NCBI RefSeq assembly: GCF_900104455.1
Contig: NZ_FNHB01000001.1
Coordinates: 1,257,793 to 1,321,792, forward strand
Reading direction: 5' to 3'
Length of the DNA stretch: 64,000 nt
DNA from: Dendrosporobacter quercicolus
Lineage (GTDB): Bacteria; Bacillota; Negativicutes; DSM-1736; Dendrosporobacteraceae
The notes under the pieces are model-generated. The model saw only the letters and a program-made list of their open reading frames with translations. It made no database searches and was not told the origin of the DNA. This document shows, piece by piece, positions 29,401-38,127 of this stretch (positions within the stretch are counted from its first letter, which is position 1; each line of letters starts with the position of its first letter). Position numbers and translations under genes: made by a program.

Positions 29401-31445
29401 TGGGTAACCAATAAATTGTTGGCCAGCGTATAGTCGCCTTCCCGCTTAGCCTGCGAACGCCGCTTTACGCCAAACAACTGCAGCTGTGTCGGCGTGTCAT
29501 CGGCAATCGAACTGACTGCCCAATCCTCCGAACGAACCTGAAATTGAGTGTTTTTAAAATCGTTTTCGGTATCCGAAAAAATGACTTCAACAGATTTTGT
29601 CCGATCCTCGATTCCGGTAAAACTGCCCTGGAAGCTGGACATAACTGTACGTCCTTCGCCGAAAACCTGAGTCATAACCCCAGGTTTGTCACAGACAATG
29701 CTGATGTTGTTGCCCCTGAGCATTATCGTGGCGTGACCGACAGTAGCCGCCTTTTGCGCAGCAACTTGCCGTTTTAGGGCAGTATCAAAAAAGGCGTCAA
29801 ATTCAAAGCGGTTCTCCGGGCCGTCCGGGCCTTCAATCTGTCCGTCGGCATAGGCGGCGGCCTCCATCCATTCGTCCCAATACGGGTCAAGTCGGTCATG
29901 TTTGATACCAAATACAACGTATTCATCTTGACCGGTGTTGATATTTCTCAGCAGCCGGCACTGATGGTAGATGTCATAGGCCGCCCAAATTGGATTATTA
30001 GCGCGCTTGGCTTGATATTGTTTCGTATACGGGTTCCATGCATAAACGGTGTCCCGCCGCTGCCGCCAAGTAACACTGGGGATACCGCCAGACAGTTGCC
30101 CGGTTGCCAGTATCCGCAGGCCAATTAAAACTTTGTTCGGCCGGCAAAAATTGCCGTAAATCACAGTTGTAAGTCGCGTCCAGTATACAGTCGTGGAATC
30201 TCGGGTACCAGACACCGCCGAACGCGCTTTAACCCGCATCCTGACCTCATATTTCCCGGGCGCAAGATTTTCAAGGCTGTAGGAACGGCGAACTGCGGTA
30301 TTTTGCGCGGCTGTAATACGGGCTGTGCTTGCTGTGACGATGGTGTATGTGCCTATCCTCGGGACAACAAATGATATTTTACCATTATCATATAGCTCAC
30401 CAGGGCGAAGGTTGCTAGCCATTTTACCAGAAACACTGCCCTTAAGAGACATAACTCCTAAGCACAGAATTGTCCACGTTTCCGCCGGCGCATCGGCAGC
30501 GCATTTAGCGCCGGCAATCCCGCTCGATGCTACATAGGTACTGCCCAACCAATTCTGCCACTCACCACCGACAAGCCTGTACTGAGATTCTAATTCAACC
30601 CAGGCGTTTGTCAGGTTCCCCTTATCATTCAAATGGTAAAGGCCGCTGGGAAATTCCACACTAACCTGTAGGCCCTGGGCGTCCGTATTGTCGGCAACGT
30701 ATGTCGCCCAGGCGTCTTGCAGCTCATGGGAAATTTCCTGGTTGTTGGTGGTATTGCCCAAATAGGTTATGGCAGTTTGGTCGTTTGTACCTAACCGGGT
30801 TTCAATTTGCACGTCAGTGTAATTTTCGATAGGGTTATCACCGATTTTGATATTGCTGATTTCGTCAACCGGCCCCATGCCACCGCAAAACAACAGGTTA
30901 AGATATTGCTTATCGTCAACTGTGTCAAGATGGCTTTCCAATAGTTGCGGCGCTGGGATGCACTCACCATAGGTCACGCCGACCACGCCGCCTTCACCGG
31001 TGATAGGCTTTGGCAGGTCCCAGCCGTAGGTTTGGGTGGTTTCTTGCGATGATAAGCCGGACCGTTCCACTGGGACAAGCGCGTTTATGATTTTGCCACC
31101 AAGCACTGCTACAGTACCGGAGGCAAGGCAAGAGGCAATCGATCCTTTTCCAAGACCCCACAGCCCGTCCGCAACCTTCCCCGTATAAGCCGCCAATGCT
31201 ACGCTGGCAATCACGCCAAGTATCTTTTTAAAACTACCTCCGCCAACATGCGGCATAACAATGATCTGGTCACCGTCGCAGGGATAAGTCGTTTCCGGCT
31301 GCTCCACCCAATTACCGTTGAGTATAAATTCTATATTCTCATCCGGAATATACGTCCGCAGGCTTTGCCCTGGGATAAAATGAACGCGCTCAGTTTCCCG
31401 GCGCGTCCTGTCAAACGGATTTTCAATTTTTATAATTTCCAGCAC
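26469..31445 (-). CDS. lambda gpJ-like host-specificity / central tail fibre protein (1658 aa)
   Basis: Size, position after K/L/M homologues, FN3-like repeats, coiled-coil and beta-rich C-terminal part that is duplicated in the pseudogene. Confidence 0.7.
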   Translation of the reverse strand: MLEIIKIENPFDRTRRETERVHFIPGQSLRTYIPDENIEFILNGNWVEQPETTYPCDGDQIIVMPHVGGGSFKKILGVIASVALAAYTGKVADGLWGLGKGSIASCLASGTVAVLGGKIINALVPVERSGLSSQETTQTYGWDLPKPITGEGGVVGVTYGECIPAPQLLESHLDTVDDKQYLNLLFCGGMGPVDEISNIKIGDNPIENYTDVQIETRLGTNDQTAITYLGNTTNNQEISHELQDAWATYVADNTDAQGLQVSVEFPSGLYHLNDKGNLTNAWVELESQYRLVGGEWQNWLGSTYVASSGIAGAKCAADAPAETWTILCLGVMSLKGSVSGKMASNLRPGELYDNGKISFVVPRIGTYTIVTASTARITAAQNTAVRRSYSLENLAPGKYEVRMRVKARSAVSGTRDSTTVYWTRLTTVIYGNFCRPNKVLIGLRILATGQLSGGIPSVTWRQRRDTVYAWNPYTKQYQAKRANNPIWAAYDIYHQCRLLRNINTGQDEYVVFGIKHDRLDPYWDEWMEAAAYADGQIEGPDGPENRFEFDAFFDTALKRQVAAQKAATVGHATIMLRGNNISIVCDKPGVMTQVFGEGRTVMSSFQGSFTGIEDRTKSVEVIFSDTENDFKNTQFQVRSEDWAVSSIADDTPTQLQLFGVKRRSQAKREGDYTLANNLLVTQFVDISTDIDAMVSQYGDIVGLNHAVSQIGIASGRLVAATEDSITLDKTVLLSPGKSYEIIISLATDKLVKRYIVAVAKDTETDTLTVTESFGIIPEKYDNYVFGEVNKSVKPFRLVGVTKNGDFKCQLKLAEYVEGVYDGDLNYPVVDYTPPAAGTLEVSNLSVSFRVGWQGYGTVVPVIYCSWQLPSMSVKSVIVYYSADDGATWTKWSDMLATEAQINGVKLQERYLVKVCTVNELGLTSAGVVSDPIYITDEDLPAPEHVTNIFITENNQNQGNNVVLNELYVACTPPDSLYYSHAEWYIKSHNPGVNEYDLTDPAFYDVPVEDIGAMLDNWKLVDGAAKDNITIKNLILGETYSIKVVAVNTLGKKADFDTAPVKTHTITGKTTIPSTPDNFVVQITDVATCTWTRIPDTDCDFYELRADQNPGVNAGLLARTASTKALPTLAERQGTLYLYAHNTAGTVGKYSVPASYSYYKAPPPMPQNVTITGIFQGFRLTTEALPTHCIGINVHVDGQVYFSNNNTYTYEARSGIFQIQVAFVDIFGEGALSPVELVEVQSQIAIGELEDAAQEAIEKAQKSVAQETFNNAMEAVDGAMEVINDAVTELGETTVSKTEFTETKNELALVDTENRTLISQTTEFVSVMNGKLASAPDAPGQFESIAALNVKNNQIALVVNENKTATDNAIAAVDIKANQISQTVASNKQDADGKIETLTGQINAVPGKITAAVTEAKQDITNNQIAPVVTRVAAIEVTTEGITNTVSGLQTQVDGKAANWVYSGVPTLSNQPAVNWNTAALKEKHLGDIYYDTSGKAAYVFSKAGATYSWQGITADVDLSEIQSQINQQNNQISSIVTSTLANTQVTAILQMLQGLYFRAADGSLQSLLVITPTEVYINTGYLRIAANTKIDGNVIASGMIQAGAVKAGHLESNTVSAMFANFGTFVSAGADGSKTTISGPLITVHHPNGKLAARFGRW

Positions 31446-31447
31446 TA

Positions 31448-31834
31448 TTACTCACCTCGTGGCACATAAAATCCAATAATATTGCTCTGCCAGCGCTTAA
31501 TCCGGTCAATAATCACACCGGTTTTACTATAGGCGTGGATAAACTTCCCGTTACCAATATATACGCCGACATGATTGGCCCAGCTGACGCAGCTTAACTG
31601 GATGACTACCAGGCAAGGCACTGGCAAGGGTTGCTTTACTTCTACCCAGGCCGGGGCCTCTGTTGCCATTTGGTCGCCAATTTTTTGGGCGTCCATTGCA
31701 GATATTCGGTAATCGGGCAGCTCCCGGCCATAACGCCGGTAAACTTCCAGAGCCATCCCCCAGCAATCGAAGGTTTCCTGGCCTCTGCCGCCGTCTTGAA
31801 AGGGCTGGCCAATAAGATCATCAATTTTTACCAA
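31448..31834 (-). CDS. NlpC/P60-domain tail assembly protein (lambda gpK-like)
   Basis: 128 aa with a Cys-His papain-like core (FDCWGMALEVY ... H); placed between L-like and J-like genes as in lambda. Confidence 0.65.
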   Translation of the reverse strand: MVKIDDLIGQPFQDGGRGQETFDCWGMALEVYRRYGRELPDYRISAMDAQKIGDQMATEAPAWVEVKQPLPVPCLVVIQLSCVSWANHVGVYIGNGKFIHAYSKTGVIIDRIKRWQSNIIGFYVPRGE

Positions 31835-31907
31835 GGAAATAAATACCTCCTATCGAAGGTTGTCCTTAAAGGGAGGTGATGAGGAATGTTGGGATTAAAC
31901 CGCTTAT

Positions 31908-32498
31908 TTAGGCTGATTGCATCCCTTTTTCCCCATTGTAGCGCTCCCTGATTTGACAAGTTGACAGCGTATTGTCGCAGGGTTCTTCATTGCCGGCATA
32001 GCCGCACATAATATCCTTAAAATAATGCGGACAAAAATCCCTGATATACCGCCAAAACGGAAACCGGAAACTGTGATCGTTGGACGCTCCGATATTAAAC
32101 GTTACCCATTGCTCATCATAGTCAGTTTTAATTATGATATAATCCATTTCAAATTCCGGAACGGGATTATCCAAATGGGCCGCATGAACAATCATCAGCT
32201 TAACAGGAGCGTCACAGAAGCCTTTGTGCTGCTGGACATACGTCTGGACCATACCGCCAACATTACTGACCTTGAGGCTAACCGACGGGAGTTCTTTTCC
32301 ATCCTCGCTTGTAATTTTGTCTAAGTCAATCGGGAAACGTATCCACGAGTGACCGTTCCAGGCAATATCCTCATTATTGCGAACCAACCGGATGGGTTCT
32401 GCCAACCCAGGAACGTCCAATTGCACCAACAAGAGAAATGGAGCGTCATTGGCCAGCTTGTTTTTTTCAAGTATGCCCGCAAGGGACCAATTAAGCAT
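31908..32498 (-). CDS. minor tail protein L-like (C-terminal 4-Cys cluster)
   Basis: 196 aa ending CPHYFKDIMCGYAGNEEPCDNTLSTC, reminiscent of the lambda gpL Fe-S motif; synteny. Confidence 0.55.
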   Translation of the reverse strand: MLNWSLAGILEKNKLANDAPFLLLVQLDVPGLAEPIRLVRNNEDIAWNGHSWIRFPIDLDKITSEDGKELPSVSLKVSNVGGMVQTYVQQHKGFCDAPVKLMIVHAAHLDNPVPEFEMDYIIIKTDYDEQWVTFNIGASNDHSFRFPFWRYIRDFCPHYFKDIMCGYAGNEEPCDNTLSTCQIRERYNGEKGMQSA

Positions 32499-32724
32499 AA
32501 AAATGTCTCCTTTTCAAAAGACTGTCACTAAGCAGGAATAAAATAATATGATTTAGCACAACATGGTTGGCGTATCGCCGCCCAGTTCAAAAGTATTGCG
32601 GACAATCCGGATGCCGGTGTCCCGGTCAATCTGAATTTCCAGCAGAATTAGGCCATACCCCGTCTGAGGCCAGCTTGTTCTTTTCCAGGATCGCCACTTT
32701 AGATAAATCAAGGGCCATGGTCGA

Positions 32725-33093
32725 CTATACCTCCTGTAGTTTAAATTCCCCCGAATACTGACCCGGACCAACCAAATCAAACCGTATCTCTCCGCTTATA
32801 AACCGGACTGTAAACACCTTTTTACTATAGGCGTCATCCGGCACCTCAGGATAAGTCCAGTAGAATTCCCGGCTGCCGCCTAGGACGACATCCTTCCAGA
32901 ATGTGCGCAGAGCATGATAGTCCCTCGCCGGCAGAGCCTGCCATTTTAGACGAAAAGTTTCCCTGACCCTGGTAAATTTAGGTCGGGAGACAATGTAGCC
33001 GTTTTCCATTTTGGAAGTTAACGCCGGATCTTCCCACTCGCTGCTGAACGGATAACAAGGCTGCTGTATCTCAGGAAATTCCGGTAAAGTCAT
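32725..33093 (-). CDS. minor tail protein M-like
   Basis: 122 aa; position between the tape-measure-like and L-like genes. Confidence 0.45.
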   Translation of the reverse strand: MTLPEFPEIQQPCYPFSSEWEDPALTSKMENGYIVSRPKFTRVRETFRLKWQALPARDYHALRTFWKDVVLGGSREFYWTYPEVPDDAYSKKVFTVRFISGEIRFDLVGPGQYSGEFKLQEV

Positions 33094-33097
33094 AGTT

Positions 33098-34159
33098 CTA
33101 CCCCCTCGCCCCTATGATATCGCGCATACCGCTGACATTTCGCGCATATGCGTCTAAAAAAATATCGACAACATACTGCCGGCCGTCCCAGTTTATCTGT
33201 CCCTGGCGGGCGCTGGCCTGAACGCCGGTATTGTTAACCACATTAATGGTTACTGCCGGTTCAGCCAAAGAGGCGGCGGACCGGTTAAGTTGATAATTGG
33301 GAACGATTGTTCCGGACGTATGGGGCACAAACAATTCCTTACCTGATTCTCCGACAATCACCGCTTCCTGCCCGCGCACTTCCCCCCCGCTTTGTTCCTG
33401 CTTAATGCCGAAAATCTTATTAATCCATTTGGGAAATTGCTGGGTAACCCACATCTGCAGAGTGACAACCAAAAATTCCTGCGCTAGTTTTTTGATAATT
33501 CCCATAAAACTCTGCCTAAAACTTTCCGCTCCACTGAGCATATTTTGCATATGCCCCTGAATGCTGGCATTCACCCGCTCGACACCGTCTTCTATTAACT
33601 TGGCCTCATCAAGCGGGTTTTTATCTGCTTTTGCTTTGTCAGCCGCACTTTGTTTTTTCTGTACTGCAGTGGTAGTTGCGGGTGTCCCTGATGCAGCAGC
33701 CGATGATACTGCATCATCCACCTTCTGCTCGGCACCGCCCTCTTTGCCAAACCAGTTTTTTATCCTGCCCTGCCACCATTCTTTAAGCACCGGAAGAATA
33801 GTATCCTCCAGCCATACCTGCATGACTACACGTCCCAGTTCATTGCCTGTATTTTGCAGAATTTGCGTAAATCCCTGACGAACCGATTGTTTTCCGTCAA
33901 AAATTCCGCCAATGGCTTCATCAATTTTTTTCTGCAAATTTTCAAAGCCATCCTGAATATGTTTCTCCATCGCCGGAGTCAGCTTTGCACTGCTTGGCTC
34001 CTTGCTGTTATCCGGTATTACCTGAGTCATTTTTTGCAGTGTGGACGCCTGTATTTCCGCTATGTTCTGCATTTTCTCAGTTGTACTTTCCAGGGCAATA
34101 ATATGCTCTTTCTGGTATTCTTCCCATTTGTCCACTGCTGCCGAGGTATCACTGTCCAT
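33098..34159 (-). CDS. tape-measure-like protein (short, 353 aa)
   Basis: Coiled-coil/helical N-terminal half, Gly-rich C-terminus, position 5' of M/L/K/J homologues. Confidence 0.45.
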   Translation of the reverse strand: MDSDTSAAVDKWEEYQKEHIIALESTTEKMQNIAEIQASTLQKMTQVIPDNSKEPSSAKLTPAMEKHIQDGFENLQKKIDEAIGGIFDGKQSVRQGFTQILQNTGNELGRVVMQVWLEDTILPVLKEWWQGRIKNWFGKEGGAEQKVDDAVSSAAASGTPATTTAVQKKQSAADKAKADKNPLDEAKLIEDGVERVNASIQGHMQNMLSGAESFRQSFMGIIKKLAQEFLVVTLQMWVTQQFPKWINKIFGIKQEQSGGEVRGQEAVIVGESGKELFVPHTSGTIVPNYQLNRSAASLAEPAVTINVVNNTGVQASARQGQINWDGRQYVVDIFLDAYARNVSGMRDIIGARG

Positions 34160-34481
34160 TATTATCCCTCCTTATTATGCAAAAGTGCCCGTAGTTCCAA
34201 CTGCCTCAGTTTCTCAAACAAACCTGGCGTTATTTTCATTCGGTAGACGGCCGCGATCCGAAATACCGCGGTATAATCCAGGCCGATCATACCGCCTAAA
34301 CCCACGCGCCATTGGGTGTTTACCAGCCGCCAGAGTTCAAAAACCCGGCGATTGCCCGGACATATTGCCGGGCAACTGCCTTTACAGCCATGACAATTTA
34401 TGGGCTTCGCGGTCTGTTTTTGACGTACGCGGCAGGCCTCACAGTAACTGTTCCGGCCTTCCGCATACCAATCCCAGACCG

Positions 34482-34727
34482 CTATAAGTTTTTTACTTCA
34501 TCCTCTTCCGCCTTAATTGTCAGTTCATAAGTACGATACGCCAGATTGCGGCATTTAGGATAAGGCTGACCAGAGAAATCACAGTCTTGATAAATATTTT
34601 TTAACATCCAGCCGACAATATCGCGTTCACGCTGCGGCGTTATTTTTTGATCCGTAAACATTGGGTCCAGGCCAGCATCGATAAAAGCTTCTCGTTCCGC
34701 ATAAGTCATTGCTCTTGCTCCAGGCAT
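34482..34727 (-). CDS. tail assembly chaperone-like small protein (gpG position)
   Basis: 81 aa ORF between the major tail and tape-measure genes. The 320-nt uncoded gap downstream (34160..34480) could hold a frameshift-extended T part. Confidence 0.35.
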   Translation of the reverse strand: MPGARAMTYAEREAFIDAGLDPMFTDQKITPQRERDIVGWMLKNIYQDCDFSGQPYPKCRNLAYRTYELTIKAEEDEVKNL

Positions 34728-34757
34728 GATATCCTCCCTAACTAAAATTATTTACTT

Positions 34758-35708
34758 TTAAGCATAGCTTTCCACGCTATTGACCAACGTTGCCTTAACA
34801 GCGGTGTGATCCGTATTGCTCTGATAAAAAGCCTGAAAAGGCAAGGAGATCAGCACGCCTGCCGGACCGGTAATGCCTGGCGAACTGCGTTCGTAGAGTA
34901 TTTCCGGAAACAGAAACTCCAGACTATGATTGTTTGCGGCAAAATTCACTTTTAGACTGGACTTTGTTCCGTCCAATGCTTTTTGCAGCAAATCAGGACC
35001 GTCAAACAGCGCGGTAATGCTGCCGCTTATTTTGTATATCCCTGCAGGAATGTCACTGCGGCAGCCGTTATTGCCTATGGTATACTGATTGCCGTCAAGT
35101 CCGGTATTAATCGTAAATTCTCCTTTGGTAACAGTAGCCAGAACAGAGCCGCCCTCTTCCACGCGGCCATGCATGTTATTGAATGCTGCAAAGGGAATAA
35201 CTGCCGGAGTTTCCGCATAAGGAGCCGCTGAAAGCCGTTCCTGTCCGCCCATGATTTCTATGGCGGCGGTTAATTCATCTTCCCCGCCAAACGCCAGTTT
35301 GAATGAGCTGATCTTACAACCATTTAGCAGCACATATTGACCAATATCGGTAAAGCCTTTTTCCAGCACCATGGACGGCTGGGTATTTCCCACCTTAAAA
35401 ACATGTCGATACGGTGCTGCCGCGCCAGTTGTTACAGGATTGCCGAACAGACCTTTAAGCCAATATCCGACAGCACTGTCATCAAGCGGCGTTACAATAC
35501 TGCCGTCTACGCTGACATTGCCGGAAGACGGTTCTACCGGATTGCGCGTGCCGGTTATCGTAGCCGGGTCTTTCATATTCTGCTTGGATTTTACGTCAAA
35601 CGTGTTGAAGGGAAGAACTTTCGCGTTTTTCGACACCGGATTTTGGCCATATACCGTTTCAAAATCCAATAATAGCCTGCCTTGTGCTCCTACTGCCTGT
35701 TTCATCAT
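34758..35708 (-). CDS. major tail (tube) protein candidate
   Basis: 316 aa from ATG 35708 with GGAGGA RBS; first structural gene downstream of the conserved promoter motif at 35862. Confidence 0.5.
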   Translation of the reverse strand: MMKQAVGAQGRLLLDFETVYGQNPVSKNAKVLPFNTFDVKSKQNMKDPATITGTRNPVEPSSGNVSVDGSIVTPLDDSAVGYWLKGLFGNPVTTGAAAPYRHVFKVGNTQPSMVLEKGFTDIGQYVLLNGCKISSFKLAFGGEDELTAAIEIMGGQERLSAAPYAETPAVIPFAAFNNMHGRVEEGGSVLATVTKGEFTINTGLDGNQYTIGNNGCRSDIPAGIYKISGSITALFDGPDLLQKALDGTKSSLKVNFAANNHSLEFLFPEILYERSSPGITGPAGVLISLPFQAFYQSNTDHTAVKATLVNSVESYA

Positions 35709-35861
35709 TATCTTCCTCCAAAATAATTTTTCTTCACCTGCGCCTTCTTTCAGCAGGCTTCTATTCAATGAATGGGGCCAGCCTCACAACCTCCGTTTTA
35801 TCCTGTCCGACCAATATGGCAGATCCGGTTATTATGCCGCCGGGTTGCTGGTATTCAGAAT

Positions 35862-35887
35862 CTCCCTCTATTCTTTATCCGTACAAG
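35862..35887. promoter_or_regulatory. conserved about 24-nt motif copy A (CTCCCTCTATTCTTTATCCGTACAAG), upstream of the structural operon
   Basis: Same motif recurs at 37388..37411 and 37507..37530. Confidence 0.5.
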
Positions 35888-36497
35888 ACAGAGTTGATTT
35901 ATGCAATTCAATTGATGTTTTCTTTTGTTTTTTATAAAAGGATAATAACCAAAGCATACCCGGTCAGGCTGGCAAGTCATACCAATCGGTAACGGGTAAC
36001 CCTAACGGCCTCCCCGTTGAATCATAAAGGCAATAACCTGCAAAATAAACTCCAACTCCAGCCGAAATGTATCCGGCTGTACGATATACGTTGTCAATTC
36101 GTTTATGGGCTGATTTTATCGACTCATGAGCCTGAACGCGCGCCTGGCATGGCGGCACTGTGCAACTACAATATCCATCCCCCCAAGCTTATTTAACTGA
36201 TAATTGCCGCAGGCGGTGGCTGCTGACATTGGCGTCTGTATCATTCCAGTTGTGTTCTTTGGCAATCGCGTTTTTAATGTGCCGAAAGTATTGCGCATAT
36301 CAGCGCTTGACAGAGCGCTGTTGGCCGCAGGCTTATTTGAGTCAAAACCCATTTTTATGACATTCCCGTCACTTAAATCTTCTTACCGGCTTTTATTCTA
36401 TATGCCTCACCCCCTCACTGCCTGCCCTTTCAACAGGATGTTAGTACCGAGGGCCGGGTACTGCGTTCCTTACGAAACCACACACGGCTTTCTCTTT

Positions 36498-36974
36498 TTA
36501 GTGCAGACTGTTCTGGACTAATTTTGCACGTTTATTTAAATAGCTGGTCAGTCTGTTAAACGCCTGACTTGCATGTGAGGCCGCCGTAGCGGCGCTAATG
36601 CCCATAGCGGTACTAATTTCTTTATATTCATAGCCTTGCTGCAAAAGCAGAATTACCCGTTGCTGACGCGGACTTAGGTGCTTAATCCCCTGATCAATAT
36701 CCACAATAATGCACAGCAGCTCCTCTTTTGCCGTTCTGGCTCCTGTTTTCCCTACTCTATCCAGCCTGTTTGCAACATATTCCAACGAACTGCGTACTTG
36801 CTGATATCGTTTAATCGTATTAGCGATTTGCTCACTTCGATAGTCTTCAAATTTTCTTATATCTGCTTTAATCACGCTTACTCTCCTCCTCAAATCAGCC
36901 ATCTGATCAAGTTGCATTGGCTGGACTAACCGGCCTGTCAGCAGCGTTCCCTCTTCACCGAGCTCCGCTTGCAA
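36498..36974 (-). CDS. sigma-70 region-4-containing regulator (phage late sigma factor, Xpf/ECF-like)
   Basis: C-terminal RQQRVILLLQQGYEYKEISTAMGISAATAASHASQAFNRL is a sigma-70 r4 / LuxR-type HTH; 158 aa. Confidence 0.6.
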   Translation of the reverse strand: MQAELGEEGTLLTGRLVQPMQLDQMADLRRRVSVIKADIRKFEDYRSEQIANTIKRYQQVRSSLEYVANRLDRVGKTGARTAKEELLCIIVDIDQGIKHLSPRQQRVILLLQQGYEYKEISTAMGISAATAASHASQAFNRLTSYLNKRAKLVQNSLH

Positions 36975-37234
36975 TTTCCCCGCGAATAATGATAGGTCTG
37001 CGATGGTGAACCGTTAAGTAACATATCGATGAGATACGTTGAATATAAATGAATATTCATCTTATAATAGCGTTTGTTACTTCTACGCCAGTAAACATCT
37101 AATGTGTTTAACAGATTATGAATGGTTTGGGCCTTTTCTTGAATTTTATCCTCAGGCCAGTTTGGCTGCTCTCGCCGGTACATCTCCCGGAGCATATCTA
37201 TAGTGTAATATAACATAATACTCCTCCTTAACAA
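36938..37234 (-). CDS. hypothetical small regulatory protein (98 aa) upstream of the sigma-like gene
   Basis: ORF overlapping the start of the sigma-like gene; no recognisable motif. Confidence 0.35.
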   Translation of the reverse strand: MLRRSIMLYYTIDMLREMYRREQPNWPEDKIQEKAQTIHNLLNTLDVYWRRSNKRYYKMNIHLYSTYLIDMLLNGSPSQTYHYSRGNCKRSSVKRERC

Positions 37235-37387
37235 TGATCATCGCCTTCCGGGTATCCAATTAAGCAAATTGTACGAACAAATGCGAATTGCATTTGAGCA
37301 TAAAATCACCTCGATTTCCATATATCCAGTAATACTTGCTGGTGTCCTAATTCTCTCAATTTTATGCAGTGTTAGAACAAAGATTTG

Positions 37388-37411
37388 CCTCTATATTTAT
37401 ATCCGTACAAG
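37388..37411. promoter_or_regulatory. conserved motif copy B (CCTCTATATTTATATCCGTACAAG)
   Basis: Upstream (minus sense) of the regulator genes. Confidence 0.45.
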
Positions 37412-37506
37412 TTATGACAATTTCATGCAGATTTTTTAGAAATTATGGTAAAAAATATTATTTTTTCTATAATCAAGCAAGTTTATGGAATTATTCCCAT
37501 AAACTT

Positions 37507-37530
37507 CTCCCTATTCTTTATCCGTACAAG
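37507..37530. promoter_or_regulatory. conserved motif copy C (CTCCCTATTCTTTATCCGTACAAG)
   Basis: Near-identical to copy A. Confidence 0.5.
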
Positions 37531-37629
37531 TGCTCTGAATTTATTGCAGGACAATTTAATATTTCTTAATAGCACAAACCCTCATTACAACAAAAAAACT
37601 GCCTAGTGCATAGCACTAAGAATGTTCAT

Positions 37630-38106
37630 CCAATGAGAAAAGCGTCTTTGTCAATGTGCATGATATCATCTTAATTACCCGCAACGAACGTAAAACCACA
37701 ATCTATACGACCGATGGCCTGACTATTCAGACCAACGATCCTTTGCACTTGTTAGAACAACGCTTGGAAAAATACAAGTTTTTCCGCTGTCACAAAGGGT
37801 TTATCATCAATTCCGATATGGTGTTGGAACTGGCCCCCTGGGGAGCCAAAACCTACTTAGTCAAGCTGTCCAACACAACCGAAACCGCGCTGATGACATT
37901 AGAACACGCCAGAGAATTTCAAAAACGGTACTGCCTGTAGCGACGACCGTCGAATCTCCCTCACTAAAGCAGGTCATCGGACGCTGGAAAAGCCCGGGAT
38001 TCTGTCGGCCAAGTGAGCCTACATAAAAACAAGTCTGTCCAAAACCATATGGTATGGTTTTGGACAGACTTGTTTTTCGAACCGGAAACCGGGTATTACA
38101 GCAGCC
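37630..38106. repeat. direct repeat copy 2 (about 477 bp)
   Basis: See copy 1; contains a 5'-truncated LytTR-domain coding fragment and a second copy of the terminator (38044..38088). Confidence 0.95.
37656..37940 (+). pseudogene. 5'-truncated duplicate of the LytTR regulator gene (C-terminal 94 codons only)
   Basis: Protein identical to residues 209-302 of the regulator at 13603..14511; no receiver domain, no own promoter seen. Confidence 0.85.
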
Positions 38107-38127
38107 ACAGGCATCAGCTCCTTCTTG

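Noticed and set aside
32553-32780. 75-aa ORF between the M-like and L-like tail genes as a lambda gpI-like or extra tail gene
   Set aside because: It overlaps the 3' end of the M-like gene in another frame and has no RBS. The 170-nt spacing is more simply intergenic.
14680-37630. Calling the region an intact prophage and looking for integrase and att core
   Set aside because: No integrase, excisionase, capsid, portal or terminase ORF exists between the repeats. All six frames in this interval contain only tail, lysis and regulator genes, so tailocin-like locus is the better description.
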